Source of the DNA: Octopus sinensis | Taxonomy: Eukaryota | Reading direction: 5' to 3' | Assembly (NCBI RefSeq): GCF_006345805.1 | Contig: NW_021829667.1 | Coordinates: 1-32,187, forward strand | DNA length: 32,187 bases | Shown here: piece by piece, positions 12,460-25,052 of the stretch | How positions within the stretch are numbered: the stretch's first letter is position 1 | Layout of the letters: every line of letters starts with the position of its first letter | The notes under the pieces: model-generated | Told to the model about the DNA's origin: nothing | Seen by the model: only the letters and a program-made list of their open reading frames with translations | The model's database searches: none | Program-made: the position numbers and the translations under genes

Positions 12460-14187
12460 ATATATATATATATATATATATATTTCAGAGAGAGAGAGAG
12501 AGAGAGAGAGAAATAGAGAGCGAGAATAGAGTAGAGAGATAAAGAAGAGCATTTTTGATATCTTTATGCCTTTACATGCGCATGCTCCTGTGAGTTTGGT
12601 TATTTCATCACTACATGAAGTAGTCAACGAAGCACAAGTATAAAAAACATTAAAAAAATAAAAAATATTTTCTATTCTTCTCCTTGTGTAATAAGGATTT
12701 TGGAGTTTGGATTTTAACCTATCTTTCGATGTTATTAGTGGATTTATGTCACATTTGAATGTATGTATATTTAGTTTACTGTTCCCTTACGGTAAAATCA
12801 ACAAAAAGTATTCTCTCCCATGATATAATTTAATGTACATAGTATAAAGTTACAAGTTGCTAATAGTTTCTTGCCGTGAAGACACGTGTCTATGTAGGTT
12901 TTTATAACATGCTTTGTACCCTCAAGCAAACATGAAGCTTTCATTGTGAGTTACCTGTAATACTTAATGGTCAGTCTTATTTTATTGGTTGAGCCGTTCT
13001 CATCGTTGGGTATACCAGGTCAATGTGGTTAGTGATTAGTTCTATCCTGATGCGAAGCTATAGTCCATATTGGTAAACATTATAATACTGTCATGCTGCC
13101 TCACTGACAAATCTTCGATTTCTACTCTACAACTGGGACCAATCTTTGATGTAAACTGTTTTACTTACAATGTTCCTTTCTTCTAACGAGCAGACATATT
13201 TTCTGTGTTGTGATGGTGCATTTTCCGGGACTAATAGTTCGTACTTCTCGCCATTTATATATATATTTTCTCAGCTTATAGTCATGTATATATTTTTCTC
13301 CGTTAGATTCAAAATATCCACTCTGAAAGACGTTTGCTTTCCTTATATTTATGGAAATAATCTACGTGTTGCATATAACCTGCTTTGAACGTCATTCTCG
13401 TTGTAGTTTCATTAATACTCCCCTTCTGAAGTTTTGTTACCTTTTCCCAAAAATTACTGCTAAACGGGTATGATATCGATTATTTGTAGTTATATTTGCT
13501 TCCTGATGTGGGTTGTGGATCACTGGCATTTTAGTTGTGAATAGCCTTCATGGTATAGTTCTTTTGGTTTCGCATCCTGATGTATGTAACGTTTACATTA
13601 TTACTTTTAAGATCTCATTGTATTTCTAACTGGCAAGAAAATGTTTCTACAAAATAAATGCTTCGTCATATTTCATGAAATATTTACATCAATTCTATAA
13701 AGCTGAACGAACCAAACGGTCTGTTTTTTTTTATGGTTTTATGGTTCTCTTGCACTTTTAATCCGATTGTTTAGCATTAGCTATGAATTCTGTTTCTTTA
13801 AACCTATTAATTTTAAGGATTTAACTTAACTTTCTAAATTTCATTTCATTATTGAATATTTCAAGTACAATAATTTAAATATTTAGTACAAAGTAGTTTG
13901 GCGTTCTTTGCTTAAACATCCCTTCGCTCACTCACTCTTTCTCTCTCTCACACACACACACAAACATGCACACATACATAAATGTATACAAACGTACATA
14001 CAAAACACACGTATACGTGTGTGACTGACTACAAATACATAGAGCTGAAGATGGCGTGCAAATAAAGTAATTAATAAAACATTTTTACGGAAATTAACGA
14101 AGTTTGAGTAGTTTAAGCAAAGAATACCAAACTACCTTTTTACTGAATATTTAAATTTGTGAACTTCAAAATATTCAATAATGAATA

Positions 14188-14350
14188 GGCGCAGGATTGG
14201 TTGCGTCGTAAGTAGCTTGCTAACCAACCACATGGTTCCGGGTTCAGTCCAACTGCGTGGCATCTTCGGCAAGTGTCTTCTACTATAGCCTCGGGCCGAC
14301 CAATGCCTTGTGAGTGGATTTGGTAGACGGAAACTGAAAGAAGCCTGTCG

Positions 14351-14383
<33 letters not shown>

Positions 14384-14594
14384 ATATGTTTGGGTGTCTG
14401 TATTTGTCCCTCTAGCATTGCTTGGCAACCGATGCTGGTGTGTTTACGTCCCCGTAACTTAGCGGTTCGGCAAAAGAGACCGATAAAATAAGTGCTGGGC
14501 TTACAAAGAATAAGTCCCGGGGTCGATTTGCTCGACTAAAGGCGGTGCTCCAGCATGGCCGCAGTCAAATGACCGAAACAAGTAAAAGAGAAAA
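14188..14594 (+). mobile_element. Composite tRNA-derived SINE (family A) with internal microsatellite
   Basis: tRNA-like head GGCGCAGG...GGTTCAGTCC, internal (TA/TG)n, and a 3' half ending GAAACAAGTAAAAGAG. Homologous copies occur elsewhere in the window. Confidence 0.88.
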
Positions 14595-15019
14595 CAGAGA
14601 GAGAGAGTAATGAAAGGAAATTTAGAAAGTTAAATTTTCCTGAAAACTTCAATTTAATCTCACAAATAAAATCTCACTTGCTAGGTAAATATTTCTTTTA
14701 GTAATTTATCCTTGTTGTAATATATCTGTAGTGTAAAGAAACTTTAATGTCACCGTAGTACGTTTAGCTTGCTAGAAATAGCAGCGATCACATAGTCATT
14801 ATTGTAAGGCTTATACCGTTTCAAACAGCCTTACCAACAACGACACTTCTTAATTAAAAAAAAAAATTATACCTGCATGCTATATCATGGAAGCCTCAAA
14901 TTTATACAGCTATTTTGTCTGATAGCATTCATTCATTCAATAGATATTTTATTTTACATTACGTATGTAGAATAAACTGTGGATTTTGGAAATAGCGAAT
15001 TAAAACTTGAAATGGAAAC

Positions 15020-15054
<35 letters not shown>

Positions 15055-15314
15055 CTGTTGCAAATGAAATCTGAAAATTTCGCTGCAACGAGTTAATATT
15101 GTTTATGAACTCTACTCCGCAGTGAATGCAACAAATATTTAAACTAGAGAAAGACCTCTAGTTCAAATATTCAATAAACTTCAGAAATCGAAATTACAGG
15201 AAATTTCTTGGAACATGAATTTACAAAAGAAAATTTCCAGACAGTCAAACCTTTAATAATTGCTTTCTTTTAGTAACTGTTACATACCTTATTAATAAGA
15301 AGCCTTATAATATT

Positions 15315-15746
15315 ATTAGCAGCATAGCCCGGCGTTGCCCGGGTATGTAAGAGCCCCTAGTAGGCAACGACTAATCCCAATCTAGTTCTTTCCCTCTAGG
15401 GAACGAAGGCGCATGTGTAGGTTGCAATGTCTTCTCTTCACTCGAATACTTCTATGTATACAATGTTCCTAGCTGTCTCCCGATTGCAAGTTGCGAAAAC
15501 TACAACAGAAAATGTGTTGCATATAAAAAGCTTAGATTCTCGACCCCATGTCGAATTTATCGATTCTTTTCAGAACTGGGGGAACTTTTCAAAATTTTCG
15601 CTGCGTTAGTTTTGAATTATGACATAGGGCTATGTGTGTGTCAAGTTTCATCAGAATCGGTTGAAAGCCGTGGTCAGGGTGAGGGTACAACCTGACAGCC
15701 ACACAGACACACAGACAGACAAACTGCCGTTTATATATAGAGAGAT
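15315..15746 (+). mobile_element. Non-autonomous Helitron-like element (Lep1/HINE type)
   Basis: 5' ATTAGC followed by a subterminal hairpin CCCGG-cgttgc-CCGGG, internal AAGTTTCATCAGAATCGG, and a 3' (CAGA)n microsatellite ending TTTATATATAGAGAGAT. This is the typical architecture of such elements; no ORF. Confidence 0.65.
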
Positions 15747-16524
15747 CGATGTCAGCAACGTAAACGTAGGATCCCTACAATATCTCGCAATAAAATGTTC
15801 GTCTAAGTTTTGCCATTCTATAAAACTAACAACTTAAAAAATTTAATAGTTCTGTAACTTTAATGAAACGAATTAAAATCTATTTTGGAAGAAAGAAATC
15901 CAAACTTGACATCTACAGGCTACGAAATCTGAACGAAGGAAGATTAGCGACAGCACAGCCTATTCCCTGGCTACCTAGTTAGTAATTTACATTATTTATA
16001 AATTACACTGTTCAGTCTATCTTAATCTTAATTAGAAAAAAAAAATGTATTGGAAATAACTCGAAGCATGCAGTATATAAAGATGAAATAATTATTCGTA
16101 AAAGCTTTGAGCAATGTGGTTAACGAATAATTAGGACATGCAAAATTATATCAATAAAATAAAAACCATTATATGAAGGCATTGTATTACCTTACATAGG
16201 TTAACACTGCACTACTATTTCGGGATGAAGCCTCTTTTCAAATACAACAAATATAACAAATTTCTTCGGACTATTTGATTATTTATCCTTGAAAAGAGGA
16301 TTTATCCCGAAATATTACACGGGAATTTAATTCATTAGGAGTTAAGACAAAATATTTAACTTTGTTTCCGTTCATTTACCTCACCAAGCAAGTTTTAATT
16401 AACTGCTCACCCGTATTGCTCAAAAGTGCTCCAGTTATATCATTTCTACTATTAATTAATATCATCTGCTACATTAAACTAACCAAATAACCTAACCAAG
16501 AATGCAAACTAGCAGCAGCACTGT

Positions 16525-16702
16525 GGAGGCGCAATGACCCAGTGGTTAGGGCAGCGGTCTCGCGGTCGTAAGAACGCGGTTTCGATTCCCAGACCGAACA
16601 TTTTAATTTTCTTTTTAGCAAAAACACCTAAGCTCCACGAGGCTCCGGCAGGGTGGGGTGGTGAACCCTGCTGTACTCTTTCACAACAACTTTTCTTCCT
16701 AT
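16525..16702 (+). mobile_element. Partial family C SINE
   Basis: Same head, GGAGGCGCAATGACCCAGTGGTTAGGGCAGCGG; diverges after ~175 bp. Confidence 0.85.
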
Positions 16703-16990
16703 CTCTGCCACAAAGCAGAGGAACCATTGTGTAACCCATTATGGTGTGGTAAACTTTCAGACCCTAGTCTAGATTGCGAATCCTCTGTATCCCAGGATGG
16801 TTCAGCTCTCCACCGGTTAAAAGCCACCGTTTACGGAATGAGGATAACAACGTAGCTTTCGCGCCCGTGCAACCGCCAGTCTATCGCGGGTGGTGGGTGG
16901 ATCTTCAAGTTGCAACACGCATTCTTAGTAGCTTAGAGTAGGCTCGAATTAGAGATTATTCTTTGTGGCTAATGGCGTGAGTCCTGATCG

Positions 16991-17041
16991 GAAGAAGAAG
17001 AAGAAGAAGAAGAAGAAGAAGAAGAAGAAGAAGAAGAAGAA

Positions 17042-17088
<47 letters not shown>

Positions 17089-17216
17089 AGAAAACGAAGA
17101 AGAAGGAGAAGAAGAAGAAGAAGAAGAAGAGAAGAAGAAGAAGAAGAGAGGAGAAGAAGAAGAAGAAGAAGAAGAAGAAGAAGAAGAAGAAGAAGAAGAA
17201 GAAGAAGAAGAAGAAG
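16991..17216. repeat. (AAG)n microsatellite
   Basis: Direct reading; source of the poly-Lys and poly-Leu ORFs. Confidence 0.97.
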
Positions 17217-18235
17217 CACTGTGGAACCTCTTACAATTAAAAAAAGACTAGTTTTTACCGCTAAGCAGTCCCTACCATTCTTGCTATTACAGGTGACTAA
17301 CTTCAACACTAAATAGTCAATAATAACCCCAAGAAAGACTAGCTGCACATTACATAGTCACTATTAGTTTTGCTTTTAAGAAATGCCAACTGCAACTGTT
17401 TTATTAATCTTTCTATTAAGAAAGATTACCAACAGCCTCACTCAAACTATTGTAACCTTATTTTAAAATATCTGCTATTTCCTATTTATACAAAAACGTG
17501 ATTTTTCTCTGAGTCACAATAGAGGACATCTTAAAAAGTTTTGAGTTCATGAGGCCCGCTATCTCAAAATTCGTTCTCGCTGACTCGAACACTGAATGAG
17601 GACGAGTCAATAAAAGCTCTCTACATGGTCGTTCAACCCCATAGAAATAGTAGCTGTATTTCTTCAATCACTGCCAGTTGTTTTTAAAAAAAGAAACGGA
17701 AGGACACATTGAAAAATGTGCCCGAAAACAGAAAAGATGGAAGAGTTGTCACGACCGAAACACCTTTCATCAAAGATCAGCCACCTTGATCTTCAGTTAC
17801 AAAACAGCAACAGCAACAACAACAACAACAACAACAATAACAATAACAACTCACGGAGGATTTTTCCAATGATGGTTTGTAGCTGCTCGAGATTCCATGA
17901 TAACATTTATTATTGACACAGACTGGTCGATTTCAGGGAGTGTGAAACAGTTTAAATTAAGACCTCAATATAGGAAGAAAGGCTTTTAATTATATCCTTT
18001 TACAACCAAATCCAAACCTTGCTAGAGTGGACTTTGTTTCTTATTCCTCAAAGTCGATATGCTAAACATTCCCACACAGAGAGGAGAACTTGAAGTGGGC
18101 CAATTAGCATGGACCCATGATTTTCATAGTAATCTTATCCGGCAAGATAAAGTCAAAAACTGACCCTTTTAAGAATTTATAAATCATGCCACTTCCTATG
18201 TTCTGTTCTTGTAACCCGTTCATAAATCATAAGTA

Positions 18236-18802
18236 TTAGGTTGTCCGGAAAGTTCGTGCCGATTTACAGTAGCTTACATTTCGACTTATTTTAGAACATG
18301 GTTGAGTCCATGAAATAGGATTTGACAACATCTCCATTTAGAACACAGTTTAAGCTATCCTTTCGTGGAAGAAGGTTTATGTTCCTATAACCCATGTTAA
18401 TTCTGTAACCTTTTAAAATGGAAGATAAGAAAGTTCATTTTCGGCACTTGATGCTTTGGGATCCAGACAAAAATTGCTGCAGCTCGGCTGGGATGTGTTA
18501 CCCCACCCTCCATATTCACCAGATATTGCTCCTTCGGATTTCTACTTATTCAGGTCTTTGCAGAATAGTCTTAATGGTAAAAATTTCAATTCCTTGGATG
18601 ACGTAAAAAGATACCTTGATGAATTCTTTGCCATGAAACCACCTCAATTCTGGGAAGAGGGTATTTTCAAGTTAAAGGAAAGATGGAAACGCATTATGCA
18701 ACAAAACCGTTCATATTTGGTTGATTAAAAATGTAATGGCAAGTATTTATTGACCTTTTTTCTTTATTTTAAAAATCGGCACGAACTTTCCAGACAACCC
18801 AA
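18236..18802 (+). mobile_element. Internally deleted mariner (Tc1/mariner) element, 567 bp
   Basis: 30-bp TIRs at 18236-18265 and 18773-18802 (28/30 match), with TA on both flanks. Transposase N-terminus MEDKKVHFRHLML is fused out of frame to the C-terminus ...GWDVLPHPPYSPDIAPSDFYLF...WKRIMQQNRSYLVD*. Confidence 0.93.
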
Positions 18803-19589
18803 TATTTACCGGATTACTCAAATATTTGACGACTACTTTGACATGGGGTGACTGTATTTCACATATAGCTTAGACCTGTAAGCAGCTTTTTCTTCGGTTC
18901 TATTTAAATCGATGATCGATAACCTCAGAAATGCCGCTTCGTGTATCCATATAAGGTGTCATTATTTGGAATATGTTAAGAGATATATTTAATGAAATAT
19001 ATGGTAGAAACTCGAAATTTGATGGAAGCTTTATGGGTGTATTGTTAGTGCCAAATCTGCAATAAGGAAATCACGATCGATGGAGCTGCTAGAAATAGCA
19101 GCCAAATCGTCCTCAAATCCAGAATAATGAATATTTATTTCTATAGTGTATTTTAATGTAATCTATGTCAGTGTATAAAATTACACTGGTAGAGCTGCAA
19201 GTTTGCAAAAGTAAAAAAATTAAGGGCAACCATTTAGTAATCTAGAACAAGCCGAACCGTGCATAAAAATATGTTTTCTCTATTATTCACACTCCTTCAT
19301 TCTCTGACGAAAGAATTGTGATATATGAAACCTACAGTACTGAATACCAGACTGTTAGAGCGTCCGATGGTAAGTCTGACATTTATTGATTGTTCTGATA
19401 CTCTTCGCTCCGAGTTCAAAATCACACCGTGGTCAAGTTTACTTTTCATCTTTTCAGAGTCGTGAAAAGTACCAAGGTAAATTAGTGGAACTATAAAAAT
19501 GACGGATCGGATGTCTTATAGTATTTCTTCTGGTCGTTTGCGTTCCGAGTTCAAATCTCGTCAAGGCTTAGCCCGGTGCTAGACTTAAT

Positions 19590-19760
19590 CCGTCAATCGG
19601 TTTAACTCCACCACTCGGAATTTTGGGTTCTTTTAATGGTGTCCACTCTGTTGAAAGAATTCAAACAGGATTTCCAGTCCGAGGATACTTCCACTCTTTT
19701 ACCAGTCTTGGAAATATTGTAATGGGTCATGGGCACTACCTTGCCTCCTGACTGCAAGGT
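19590..19760 (-). mobile_element. Possible 3' end of a CR1/L2-type LINE ORF2
   Basis: FPRLVKEWKYP (19683-19716) followed by CLNSFNRVD in another frame resembles the FFPR...WN.LP / L.SFK.RLD terminus. Short and degenerate. Confidence 0.3.
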
Positions 19761-19815
19761 TTAAAAAAATAAATAGAATGAATTAAAAATTTTTTTAAAA
19801 TTCTATAAGACTTAT

Positions 19816-20257
19816 GGCAGTATGCTGGTAGAATAGTTACCACACGGGACAAAATGCTTAGCAATATTTCATCCATCTTAAAGTTCTGAGATCAAATTCC
19901 GCCGGGGTTGAATTTGCCTTTCATCCTTTCCAGGTCGATAAAATAAGTACCAATTGAGGCCTGGGGTCGATGTAATCGACTAGCCTCCGACCCCAAAATG
20001 TCAGGCCTTGTGACCATAGGAGAAAGGATTACTTTAATGAGGCTCAAGGCAGTGAGCTGGCGGAATAATACGCTGGACAAGATGCTTAGCTGCGTTTCGT
20101 CTGTCTTGACGTTCTGAGTTCAAATTTCACCGAGGTCGACTTTACCTTTCACTCTTTCAAAGTCAAGGAAATAAGTACGAGTTGAACACTGGGATCGATG
20201 TAATCGATTTACCGAAACCACCGAACTTGCTGGCCTTGTGCCAAAATTTGAAATCAT
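19816..20257 (+). mobile_element. Two tandem family B SINEs (19816-20031, 20046-20257)
   Basis: Family B head and core. Further fragments lie at ~19400-19560 (+), ~6990-7125 (-) and 30410-30506 (-). Confidence 0.82.
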
Positions 20258-20272
20258 TATTTTAAAAAAGAC

Positions 20273-20309
<37 letters not shown>

Positions 20310-20733
20310 CTTTTCCGTCAATCTGTTTTGTGTATTTTTCAGTATTTACTATAATGTGATTAATTTTAGATTCGAGCAAATGCTACTTTGATGAATTGTT
20401 TTTGTCGAGTAACTGTTTTCGGACCTCGCCTTTGAATCCACTGTTTTCGACAAGCTAACATCAAACCAGAAGTGACCATAAAAATACTCTTTTGTTTATT
20501 TTCGTGTAAGGAATAAGCTTTCTGGAGTAGTTGCTTGCTTTTGTGTTTATTCCTTTCTTCATTTCGTCTCTTTCAATAGATTCAAATTTCTCCCTTTCAG
20601 TATATCTTCGAAAACATCTTTCGTTGAGAAATGACAACGACAAAACTCCGATAAACCTAGCTGATTGATTGAGTGATTGACCAAACAATTAATCAAACAA
20701 TCTATTAGTCAATAGGTTAAATGGTTAACAAAT

Positions 20734-20847
20734 TGATGATGATTAGAATAATGATGATGATGATGATTACCACGATCATGATCATGGTGTTGGTAGTGAG
20801 GAAGAGGCAGCTGCTACTGATGATGATGATCGTGGTGGTGGTGGTGA

Positions 20848-20879
<32 letters not shown>

Positions 20880-20919
20880 ATGGCGATGATGATGATGGTG
20901 ATGGTGACAATGATGGTGT

Positions 20920-21007
<88 letters not shown>

Positions 21008-21025
21008 GATGAAGACGATGATGAT
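20734..21025. repeat. Compound (GAT/GGT/GCT)n microsatellite
   Basis: Direct reading; source of the poly-Met, poly-Ile and poly-Ser ORFs. Confidence 0.96.
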
Positions 21026-21300
21026 ATGGAAAACATTAAACACTTAAATTTTGAGATGGCGAGGATTTGTAACTGGAAATCTGTAAAATGGAATGTAGTG
21101 TCCTGTAGGGCCTCTGCCGAAGGTTTGCCTCTTAGGAACAGGAAACAACATCAGAAGGGCTTTGAGCACTTTATGGCTTATGGAAATCATGTGATTATCT
21201 AAGATTACAGGCAATAATCTGTTAAAGCACATAAACTCTACCAGAAATAAGATTTATCCTGAGTTAAGGAGGAAGAGGAGGAGATGATGATGATGATGAT

Positions 21301-21575
21301 CTTCTCTTCTTGTTCCTTCTCGAGCCACGCCTCGCTCATAGGGTCGGTTTCCCGGTTTCCTTGGTGTATAGGTTCCCCAGCTGGACGGGATGCTGGTCCA
21401 TCGCTGGTGAGCTGCAAGACGAGAAAGTTGTGGCGAAAGAGTCAGCAGAAGTTCGCCATTACCTTCTGCCGGAGCTGCGTGGGGCTTAGGTGTTTCGTTC
21501 ATAAACACACACATCGCCCAGTCTGAGATTCGAACCCTCGATCCCTCGACCGCGAGGTCCGCTGCTCTAACCACT

Positions 21576-21576
<1 letters not shown>
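21301..21576 (-). mobile_element. tRNA-derived SINE, family C variant
   Basis: Reverse complement of the 4883-5167 type; B-box GGTTCGAATC; (CAT)n tail. Confidence 0.8.
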
Positions 21577-21665
<89 letters not shown>

Positions 21666-21672
21666 AAGAAAC

Positions 21673-22222
21673 ACCTTGATGCAATACTAAGCAGTGGCTC
21701 ACGTGGTTTCTCATCTTAACTGATTCGAAGTGTTAACATATGCATATGTTTTGTCTTGGTGTAAAAGTTGCGCTTCAGCATATAGTCTGCTCAGTACAAC
21801 AGATTTGTTTATCAGTTGCTTGACCATAATCAGTTGAGCATATCCCTTAGTAGTTGGCGCTTCTCTGAAGTAGATGTGCTTCTCTGATCATGAGCAGAAA
21901 TATTGGGGGCTCATCGTATCCATGTGTTGAGAGGGATTTGAATAATTCCTCCCTGGAAACATGAGTATTTCGTTTATCGTCATTAAACACCCCTTATTCA
22001 GTGACCTTTTGAACAGGAGAGGCTATTCAACCCGAAGAAAGTTCTAGCTGGGCCCCACTTGCAAGATCATGCGCTGTTTATCTGGATATGAGATCACGAT
22101 GTCGCGCATATATGGTTGAAATGTATGTACCCTTAACAGACGGGTGGTCATGTTGTGTGTATTGGGTTTCGTATGTTTGTATTTCCAGCGTCAATTTGAT
22201 GACGTGTGCTGCTCTCTCATTC
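21673..22222 (+). mobile_element. ~550-bp non-coding dispersed element (family D), copy 1
   Basis: Alignable end to end with the reverse complement of 28059-28591 (roughly 75-80% by eye). Flanked by (AAT)n(AAG)n and an AAT-like tail. Confidence 0.8.
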
Positions 22223-22891
22223 AGTAATAATAGTAATGATAATGATAATAAAAGTGAAGTACCATCAGTGCGTGTGTTTATTTTGGCATAAAGACCTTTC
22301 CAAGATACATCGAAATCTGTTTCAACACACGATTTCACTTCAAGAATACAAAAACTAAATATTCTAAAATTTTCTTTTTCTTAAATATAATATTAATTGA
22401 TACGCAGAGTAAACAAAAATGTAAATAAAATAATCTGTTTGGAGGTTGTCTTTTTTTTTCTTGTTTGATTTTGTGCTCAATTCTCGTGCAAGTCCAGTTT
22501 GCCTTTCATCTTATATTAACGGGAGGATGGGTAATCTTTCAATGAATGAATACTCGTTAATGAAATATGTAATTGGTAAAGGGTTGAAATTAATGGCTTA
22601 TAACGCATATTACAAGAGATGTACCTCCACTGCCACAGTCCAGTAACTGGAATTAGTAAACAATAATGCTTAAAATTTTAAATCAATTAATGAAAAAAAA
22701 AGAAACGAAAAGATACACAAACATGACGTTTGTTGAACGTTGAATTATCAGGTCACCTAATTATCAGGTCACCTAATTATTTTATCGGTACGCTCCAGTG
22801 AAATTAATTCACAAATACATTATAAAATTTAAAAAAAAAACAATTCATACAAAATTGTTCCGCCATTTGTTTTTTTTTGTTAGTGTAATTA

Positions 22892-22897
22892 TTTATT
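22892..22897 (-). promoter_or_regulatory. Candidate polyadenylation signal of hbn
   Basis: First AATAAA I found on the minus strand after the stop (~815 nt downstream). It is followed by CA dinucleotides 6-28 nt further on and a U/GU-rich tract at 22810-22855. An ATTAAA variant at 23028-23033 is an alternative. Confidence 0.45.
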
Positions 22898-23096
22898 GTA
22901 CTTACAAACGAACAAGACATACGAAACAAAAAGGAAAGAATAACTATGGAACAAAAATAAATTGAAGAAAAAACAAAATAAAAACTAACACAAATACTAA
23001 AATAAATAATTCATTTTTCTTATCGCATTTAATTTTTCTAAAGCCACAGAGGAGAGAAAATTGGTCGGTCTGTTATTGTATGTTGAGAGAGGGAGG

Positions 23097-23129
<33 letters not shown>

Positions 23130-23444
23130 GCCAGGGTATTCGCTGGCGATAGTCGTCACGTGAGATAGAGGAATAGAGAAGTGGGAGGTGTGGGCGGGTT
23201 GTTGGTTGGCTGAAGGTGTAAGAAAAAGGAAATGTTTTCATGGATGCATAGAGAGAGAGAGAAAAAAGAGAGAAAGAGAGAGAGAAAGAAAGAGAAAGAG
23301 AGAGAGAGATAGATAGAAATAGTCAGATAGATAGACAGACAGGCAGATAGATAGATAGATATACAGACTGACAGATAACGTGGATGGACAGAGATTTAGT
23401 TTTCTTATGGTTTTGTAAAAGAGAGTATATATATATATACAGAA

Positions 23445-23476
<32 letters not shown>

Positions 23477-23579
23477 GTGTGTGTGTGTACACATATATAT
23501 ATATAGATATACGTACAAATATATATAGATATGTATAGACATACCTATATACCTACATACGTATGATGTGAGTGTGTGT

Positions 23580-23610
<31 letters not shown>

Positions 23611-23709
23611 CAGGGTAAATAGAAAGGGCAAAAAAAGACACGAAGAAGAAAAGCAAAATGGAAGGAACGGATGGGGAGATGGGTTAAAATGGAAATTGTT
23701 TCTTCTCAA

Positions 23710-24234
23710 TTATGACTTGGCCAATTCCTGGTGTGCATGAGCTAGCATCGGAATATGGTCCATGGTGGACGAATGTTCTTTGGCTTTGAAACGCAAGTTA
23801 TCAATACTGGATTTTCTCATATCAACCACATCAGGGTCAAAGGTGAATCTTACGGGTGAGTGGCTGATATGTGGACTTGGTATCATACTACTGTTAAGAA
23901 GGATATTTGGTAAAACACTTGGCGTACCACCGGAGGCACCCACGTAATTCGATAGGAGGCCTCCAAATGGTAGTTTCCCAGGAATACAGGACGGTGCTAT
24001 TGTAGAGAAGCCAGGTTGATGATGCAATGTTAGGAACGGGCTGACTCCTGTGAGATGAGGGAAACGGTTTTGCCAGAAGGAATCACTTGCTGTGCTGTTG
24101 AAATGTGTAGATCCAGCTAGAGAGCTTACGTCTGGCAGTGATTGGATGTGTTCATTTGATAAAAATGTTGGACTCTCGCGACCCATCGCTTTTTCTCGTT
24201 TACGCCATTTTGCGCGTCTATTTTGAAACCAAAC
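23710..24234 (-). CDS. hbn: Homeobrain-like gene, last coding exon (homeodomain residues 47-60, OAR/aristaless motif, stop)
   Basis: Acceptor TTTATCTGTTTTCCAG|GTTTGG at 24235/24234 gives VWFQNRRAKWRKREKAMGRES..., joining the upstream exon in phase 0 at the typical PRD-class intron position between residues 46 and 47. Q50 is present. OAR motif RKSSIDNLRFKAKEH at 23773-23817. TAA at 23710-23712; 525 nt = 174 aa + stop. Confidence 0.92.
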   Translation of the reverse strand, partial: VWFQNRRAKWRKREKAMGRESPTFLSNEHIQSLPDVSSLAGSTHFNSTASDSFWQNRFPHLTGVSPFLTLHHQPGFSTIAPSCIPGKLPFGGLLSNYVGASGGTPSVLPNILLNSSMIPSPHISHSPVRFTFDPDVVDMRKSSIDNLRFKAKEHSSTMDHIPMLAHAHQELAKS

Positions 24235-24359
24235 CTGGAAAACAGATAAATTAATAATTAACAGATTGAAATAAAAGTTTAAAGGAATGCATTCGAAGTT
24301 ATAATGAACTAGAAAAATTCATGTTGAAAACTAAACAGTTCGAAATAAACTTATAGACA

Positions 24360-25012
24360 CGGGAAAAGCTACTCCCGAAAGACGAAGGATGGCAAAGAAA
24401 GGAAGAAGGCGAAGAAGAGAAAAGAGAAAGACAAACAGAAGAATGGTAGCGGTTCTGGTGGGTTTTTGTAGTTGCGGTTGTCCTGTGTTTGTGATGAAGT
24501 TAGTGGAGCATAGGTAAATACCTCAGAGAAAACGAAGGATGAGACAATACCAGCACTTGGAGATGACTAAGAAGAAGTGATCTGAAAGGATGCACTGCGG
24601 CATTTGTTATGCAGCGCCTAGGAACATATTCTGAGAGTTAGCTATACGAGTTTCCAAATCAGTAAGAACAGCGAATTACCCCTTTGTAGGATGCGTACCA
24701 GCAAACACGAAACAATCTTACGTACTGCGAGCTCAAAAGCACTACAAACGATTCACGATAACGTGGCTAAGTTTGTTCATTGGAGACCATGTGTAAAGTA
24801 CGGCCTGGACAGAGCACGTATAATATGTATATGAATAAATGTACACACACACACACATACACACACATACATATATATATACATACATATGTATGTATAT
24901 GGTTTCGCTGCGTAGTTATATAATTTTGAAAACCTGTTTTGACAAGAGTTACTTTTTTAAAAGGTTTTACCAACTACTACTAATACTACTGCTGCTGCTG
25001 CAGCTGCTGCTG

Positions 25013-25052
<40 letters not shown>

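Noticed and set aside
2404-14594. Inverted family A SINE pair (2404-2805 / 14188-14594) as a dsRNA candidate
   Set aside because: 11.4 kb apart with no evidence that one transcript spans both.
16956-17348. Poly-Lys and poly-Leu ORFs
   Set aside because: Translations of the (AAG)n microsatellite.
19304-19364. CTGACGA...GAAAC...GTC hammerhead-like spacing
   Set aside because: Stems II and III do not pair in the required register.
20717-21047. Poly-Met, poly-Ile and poly-Ser ORFs
   Set aside because: Translations of the (GAT)n compound repeat.
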